Virus record (IMG/VR): IMGVR_UViG_3300037010_001838
Length of the DNA: 64,000 nt
Direction: 5' to 3' (one strand)
From: a virus
Lineage: Duplodnaviria; Caudoviricetes
Part shown: one piece after another, positions 60,340 to 64,000 of the stretch
Layout of the letters: each line of letters starts with the position of its first letter
Numbering within the stretch: position 1 is the stretch's first letter
Position numbers and translations under genes: made by a program
The notes under the pieces: generated by a model
Told to the model about the DNA's origin: nothing
What the model saw: the letters and a program-made list of their open reading frames with translations, nothing else
Database searches by the model: none

Positions 60340-60441
60340 GGCGCAGATAGGTGTAGTTGAAACAGCACTGTGGGAGATTCCTCGAGGCGTAGCTCCCATT
60401 CCTCTGGATAAGTGGGTTAAATTCCCATCCTGTGGCCACCA
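60340..60441 (+). tRNA. Tyr-like tRNA with enlarged (18-nt) anticodon loop
   Basis: TGGGA-[GATTCCTCGAGGC GTA GC]-TCCCA; ACCA end. Confidence 0.5.
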
Positions 60442-60509
60442 AACACGTTTGTCTCATTAATCTATATGACAAGGTGAGCGAGGGTTTGAATCCCTCTTTG
60501 GATACTAGT

Positions 60510-60594
60510 CGGCAAGTGGCTTAGGTAAATTGGTACAGCCCCTGGATTTAAGTTCCAGTGCTCTTGGTTGGGTTCGAATCCCCCTTGCCGACCA
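60510..60594 (+). tRNA. tRNA-Leu(UAA), expanded D-loop
   Basis: CTGGA-TTTAAGT-TCCAG; CGGCAAG/CTTGCCG-ACCA. Confidence 0.75.
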
Positions 60595-60600
60595 AATATT

Positions 60601-60691
60601 GGAGAGTAGCGTCCATGGTGGACAAACTGCCTAGAAAGCAGTCGCCGGCATCTAAGTAGAGCCGCTGGTTCGATTCCTGTACTCTCCGCCA
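60601..60691 (+). tRNA. tRNA-Ser(AGA), 8/4 fold
   Basis: 8-bp acceptor GGAGAGTA/TACTCTCC; CTAGAAA loop; long V-arm; G73. Confidence 0.8.
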
Positions 60692-60696
60692 CATTT

Positions 60697-60780
60697 CCGC
60701 AGGTGGCTTAGGTAAATTGGTACAGCCCCTATCTTCAAACGGTAGTGCTTTTGTGGGTTCGAATCCCTCCCTGCGGACCA
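60697..60780 (+). tRNA. tRNA-Leu(CAA), expanded D-loop
   Basis: CTATC-TTCAAAC-GGTAG; paralogue of 60510. Confidence 0.75.
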
Positions 60781-60792
60781 GACAGTTAAATT

Positions 60793-60876
60793 GCCCCCGG
60801 TGACAAATGCAAATTGGTACAGCTACTGCGCTAAGAACACAGGTTTTTACGGGTTTGACTCCCGTCTGGGGCACCA
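60793..60876 (+). tRNA. Second, slightly degenerate tRNA-Leu(AAG)
   Basis: Near copy of 60062 with TTTGA T-loop and a stem mismatch. Confidence 0.6.
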
Positions 60877-60882
60877 AAATTA

Positions 60883-60969
60883 CGAGTGTGGTGTAATTAG
60901 GTAGATGTAACAGGCTTAAACCCTGCCTGCCTGCCGAAAGGTCGTACCGGTTCGAATCCGGTCACTCGG
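60883..60969 (+). tRNA. tRNA-Leu(UAA), long variable arm, no encoded CCA
   Basis: CAGG-CTTAAAC-CCTG; GGTTCGAATCC. Confidence 0.7.
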
Positions 60970-61029
60970 ACTTTTGTTGATATTTTCGTCATTTTAATAT
61001 ATCATTTAATATATGATGAGAGACTAAAA

Positions 61030-61533
61030 ATGAACAGACATTATCAGAATTATCTTTTTAAGAAGTATCCTGCTCTATATAAAGAACACACTCTTCCGAT
61101 GAGTGAAACTTGTATGTGTTGGGGGGTTACTTGTGGAGATGGTTGGTTTAATCTTATTAATCAATTGTCTGAATTTTTGTGCAGCGATTGGATCTATGAG
61201 AAATACACATACGATCGTATGGTGACTAACCTTGGTCAACTTTTGTATCCAGGTAGTCCTGAAAGTGATTTTAACCCTATTATCACAACTGAGTTGATTG
61301 CCGCAGTCAAAGTAAGGATGGATGATGCAGAACTTTCGATTCCTGTTGCTCGGCAAGTGAAAGAAAAATTTGGAACTCTTCGGTTTTATGTTTCTAACGC
61401 AACTGAAGAACAATATTCAGCAATTCAGTTTGCTGAATATCAAAGTAAAATGATTTGTGAAGTGTGTGGTGCACGAGGAACTGTGGGTGGCCGGGGTTGG
61501 ATTTCAACTCGGTGTATTAAACACAGAAAGTGA
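61030..61533 (+). CDS. Phage protein inside the tRNA cluster
   Basis: CGDGWFNLI...QVKEKFGTLRFY...ICEVCG...RC. Confidence 0.8.
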   Translation: MNRHYQNYLFKKYPALYKEHTLPMSETCMCWGVTCGDGWFNLINQLSEFLCSDWIYEKYTYDRMVTNLGQLLYPGSPESDFNPIITTELIAAVKVRMDDAELSIPVARQVKEKFGTLRFYVSNATEEQYSAIQFAEYQSKMICEVCGARGTVGGRGWISTRCIKHRK

Positions 61534-61538
61534 TATAT

Positions 61539-61629
61539 GGAAGGTAGTGTCTATGGCAGACAAACTGTTTTGAAAGCAGTCGCCGGCATCTAAGTAGAGC
61601 CGCTGGTTCGATTCCTGTACCTTCCGCCA
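61539..61629 (+). tRNA. tRNA-Ser(UGA), 8/4 fold
   Basis: GGAAGGTA/TACCTTCC; TTTGAAA loop; V- and T-arms identical to 60601. Confidence 0.8.
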
Positions 61630-61648
61630 GTTTTAAAGTTTTAAATTT

Positions 61649-61733
61649 GTCTCGGTGCAGGGAATTGGTAGACTGAATTGTTTCAAAAACAATTGACCGA
61701 AAGGTGGGAGTTCGAGTCTCCCTCGAGACACCA
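61649..61733 (+). tRNA. tRNA-Leu(CAA)
   Basis: ATTGT-TTCAAAA-ACAAT; V-arm ACC-GAAA-GGT; ACCA. Confidence 0.8.
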
Positions 61734-61741
61734 AACAAATT

Positions 61742-61834
61742 GGTCCTGTAGTTTAAAGAAAACAAGATGATTTATAAACATCCAAGGTCCTAGATGAGGG
61801 CAAGTAGTGGGAGCGTTACCCACCAGGACTACCA
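61742..61834 (+). tRNA. Atypical tRNA-Ile(UAU)
   Basis: GATGA-TTTATAA-ACATC; GGTCCTG/CAGGACT-ACCA; T-loop AGCGTTA; long extra arm. Confidence 0.6.
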
Positions 61835-61837
61835 AAT

Positions 61838-61960
61838 TGTTGTGTGAGGGGGATTGGTATACCCCGGCGGTGGAATCATAGTGGGGAGCTCTGTGAAAAC
61901 AGACTAAAATAGTAACCCTTCCAGTAGCTTGTGTAGGTTCGAGTCCTACCACAACAACCA
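61838..61960 (+). ncRNA. 123-nt tRNA-like RNA with expanded central region
   Basis: TGTTGTG/CACAACA-ACCA; D-arm GGGG-ATTGGTATA-CCCC; canonical T-arm; no clear anticodon loop. Confidence 0.55.
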
Positions 61961-62176
61961 ATTGTTGACTTTTACTCTCCATTAGTGTAAAGTATCTTTA
62001 CTTTAAATGTTTGTTGATAAGGTGAACTGTGTCGGAACGTGATTATAAAGAACTTCGAAAAATCGCAAACCAGTTTGTTGATTACAACCTAATACAGTGT
62101 TGCGCAGAACTTGCAGCTATAAGTAACAGGACAGGGGGGAAAACCCCGTTCTTTTGGACTTAAATTAAAAACAGGA

Positions 62177-62452
62177 TTGAATATGACTCATACTGATTTA
62201 TTATATGCTCCACCAGGAACGAAAGTAAGGTTTCTTGATGAACACGGTCTTGATTATAATCGCATTCAAGCTAGAAAACTTGGATTGGTTGAAGGTGGAG
62301 AGTATACACTATCATATATGATTATAAGTGATTATCATACAAATATCTTTCTTGAAGAGTTCCCCGGAAAATCCTTTAATTCTGTAATGTTTAGTTGTAA
62401 ATATGAACATCCGAACAGTCTTTGGATAAATACTACAACAATTAAAGGATAA
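62177..62452 (+). CDS. Hypothetical protein
   Basis: SD AGGA. Confidence 0.65.
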   Translation: MNMTHTDLLYAPPGTKVRFLDEHGLDYNRIQARKLGLVEGGEYTLSYMIISDYHTNIFLEEFPGKSFNSVMFSCKYEHPNSLWINTTTIKG

Positions 62453-62456
62453 TATT

Positions 62457-62708
62457 ATGACAACAACATCAAGACTCATGGAACTCGCTGGAATTGGTCA
62501 ATCGGAAATGCTTATTGAAGCAGTCGAGATTCCTGATAACGTTTCTTTGGACCAAATTGCATCAATGATGGATGCTGCAAAACGTGGTTTGGGAATTGTT
62601 AACAAGATGAAAAACCCCGTAGATAAGAAGAAACACGCCTCTGCTGTTCTATCTAATATGAATAAAATCCGTTCTGCACTTCAACGTGTAATAAGTTCGA
62701 TGGAGTAA
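62457..62708 (+). CDS. Hypothetical, possibly capsid-internal protein
   Basis: SRLMELAGI...LIE N-terminus. Confidence 0.7.
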   Translation: MTTTSRLMELAGIGQSEMLIEAVEIPDNVSLDQIASMMDAAKRGLGIVNKMKNPVDKKKHASAVLSNMNKIRSALQRVISSME

Positions 62709-62709
62709 T

Positions 62710-63068
62710 ATGTTGTTATAGGAACTATATCAAGAAGATTCGAGCATTATTCGCTCTGAAGGAAATGATTATAGTGTTAATAAATTATTATGAATAATTA
62801 AAAACGTCAAGCCCCAAGAGTTTGAAGTATCTGATTTAATTTGGATTCCCCATACACTAAAACAGAAAAACAGCGAACAATCAAGGCAGATACTTCACAT
62901 CCTATAATTGTTATCAAATCGAGAGGTAAATTGGTAGTATTAGATGGGGTTCATAGACTAGTTAAATCAGTTCAACAACACAAAAAACAAATATTGGGCA
63001 AATTAATTACACAGGACCAACTCAATAAAGCCAAAAATATAAATACCCTTTTTGGAGTTATTGTATGA
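62710..63068 (+). pseudogene. Disrupted ParB-like (DGxHR) gene
   Basis: ATG 62710, TAG 62719, TGA 62791, frameshift into VVLDGVHRL frame 62841-63068. Confidence 0.55.
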
Positions 63069-63694
63069 AATTTCTATTTGGGCTTCTTTTAGTTTCTTCT
63101 TTCGCGTTTGCAGACTGTCCTCAACTATACCCAGATCATAAACCTTTTAACATTCCTAATACTACTGAACTTTGTAATAGTTTTTACGTATCGGATTATG
63201 ACACTATCAACCACAAGGTAATTGCTGTATCAGAATTATTGAAACACAATTTCCCAGTAGGGTCAGTAAAACGAACAAACAATTTTCATTCTGATGATAG
63301 GGTTGGTTCTGTTCCTAACAACCGCCAATATTTAAAAACACATTATGACAAAGGTCATATGGCACCTGCTGATGATGCATCTTCTTTAGAAGAAATGAAA
63401 GAAACTTTTTTGTTGACAAATATGACTCCACAATCTCCAACTTTAAATAGAGTTGAGTGGAAGTTACTAGAAGAAAAAGTAAGAGGTATTTTTGATTCTT
63501 CAAAAACAGATGTTTATGTTGTAACGATAGCAGTATACGAAAACAAACAAACAATTAATGGTCTTCCAATTCCGTCTGGATATTGGAAAATTGTGTATGC
63601 TGATAACTCTCAATACTTTTTTTATGCTGATAATAATGATGACGCAGTTGTTGTTCAACGTGGTTCAGTTGCATTACCCTCTTTATTTAAATAG
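63065..63694 (+). CDS. DNA/RNA non-specific endonuclease (NucA/EndA-like) with signal peptide
   Basis: YDKGHMAP, TNMTPQ..LNR..WKLLE, P.GYWK; MKFLFGLLLVSSFAFA. Confidence 0.88.
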   Translation: MKFLFGLLLVSSFAFADCPQLYPDHKPFNIPNTTELCNSFYVSDYDTINHKVIAVSELLKHNFPVGSVKRTNNFHSDDRVGSVPNNRQYLKTHYDKGHMAPADDASSLEEMKETFLLTNMTPQSPTLNRVEWKLLEEKVRGIFDSSKTDVYVVTIAVYENKQTINGLPIPSGYWKIVYADNSQYFFYADNNDDAVVVQRGSVALPSLFK

Positions 63695-64000
63695 TTATTG
63701 ACGTTTATTCACTTTTAAGTTAATCTGACCACACAGTGTTCAGGCAGGTGTATGAACGTATATCGGTCTGCTGTGGACAATTTGAAGACTCCAACTAATG
63801 GGGAATAATCATGAAATTTAATTTAACATTTAAAGACCCCCGATGGTGTATCTGAAAGTATTGCTAACGCCGTTAAACAGAGTATGGTAGACGTAACAGG
63901 TCTTTCATCACAAGAAATTGAATCAATACGTGATGACCGAAGTGAAGAACTTTATGATATCATATCACCGTGGGTTAGATATGGAGAATATTTAATTATT

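Noticed and set aside
60465-60503. Additional tRNA
   Set aside because: Only a T-arm-like remnant (GAGGG-TTTGAAT-CCCTC); no acceptor or anticodon arm.
59516-61982. Minus-strand ORFs across tRNA cluster 2, and 31119-31776 across cluster 1
   Set aside because: They are antisense to clear tRNA or structured RNA genes and have no protein features.
1-64000. Genome-wide stop-codon reassignment (TAG or TGA to an amino acid)
   Set aside because: Long genes are open in code 11 and use TGG for Trp. TAG ends several normal ORFs (e.g. 29972, 33023, 37752). Interrupted genes often carry frameshifts or mixed stop types as well.

Overview
AT-rich 64-kb segment of a large lytic-type dsDNA (jumbo-like) phage. 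A TorF-like porin and sigma70-type promoters suggest a proteobacterial host. Left end: NadM-Nudix NAD-salvage enzyme and a tail-fibre module (S74-chaperone fibre, assembly chaperone, beta-propeller adhesin). 7.5-44 kb: two divergent blocks of small early genes (minus strand to ~26.7 kb, plus strand after), most with their own TTGAC-N17-ATAAT promoter. These include two RNA ligases, a SprT protease, an SF2 helicase with an adjacent HNH nuclease and a DUF932 protein, plus two repeat-rich non-coding zones. 44-64 kb: metallophosphoesterase, porin, amidinotransferase, lysozyme-like protein, Nudix, P-loop kinase, intein-containing GMP reductase and a secreted-type nuclease. There are two tRNA clusters. 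Cluster 1 (30.4-32.0 kb) has a tRNA-Leu split by a group I intron and two unexplained structured RNAs. Cluster 2 (59.5-62.0 kb) consists almost entirely of structurally atypical Tyr/Cys/Leu/Gly/Ser/Ile tRNAs. The best candidate for a new system is the cluster 2 leader: a classical 1:2/2:3/3:4 ribosome-stalling attenuator whose 31-aa peptide contains 14 consecutive codons that cover every readable anticodon of the downstream tRNAs. It looks like a phage sensor that switches on replacement tRNAs when those tRNAs are depleted. Many small accessory genes are pseudogenised. All calls are from reading the sequence; no searches or folding programs were run.
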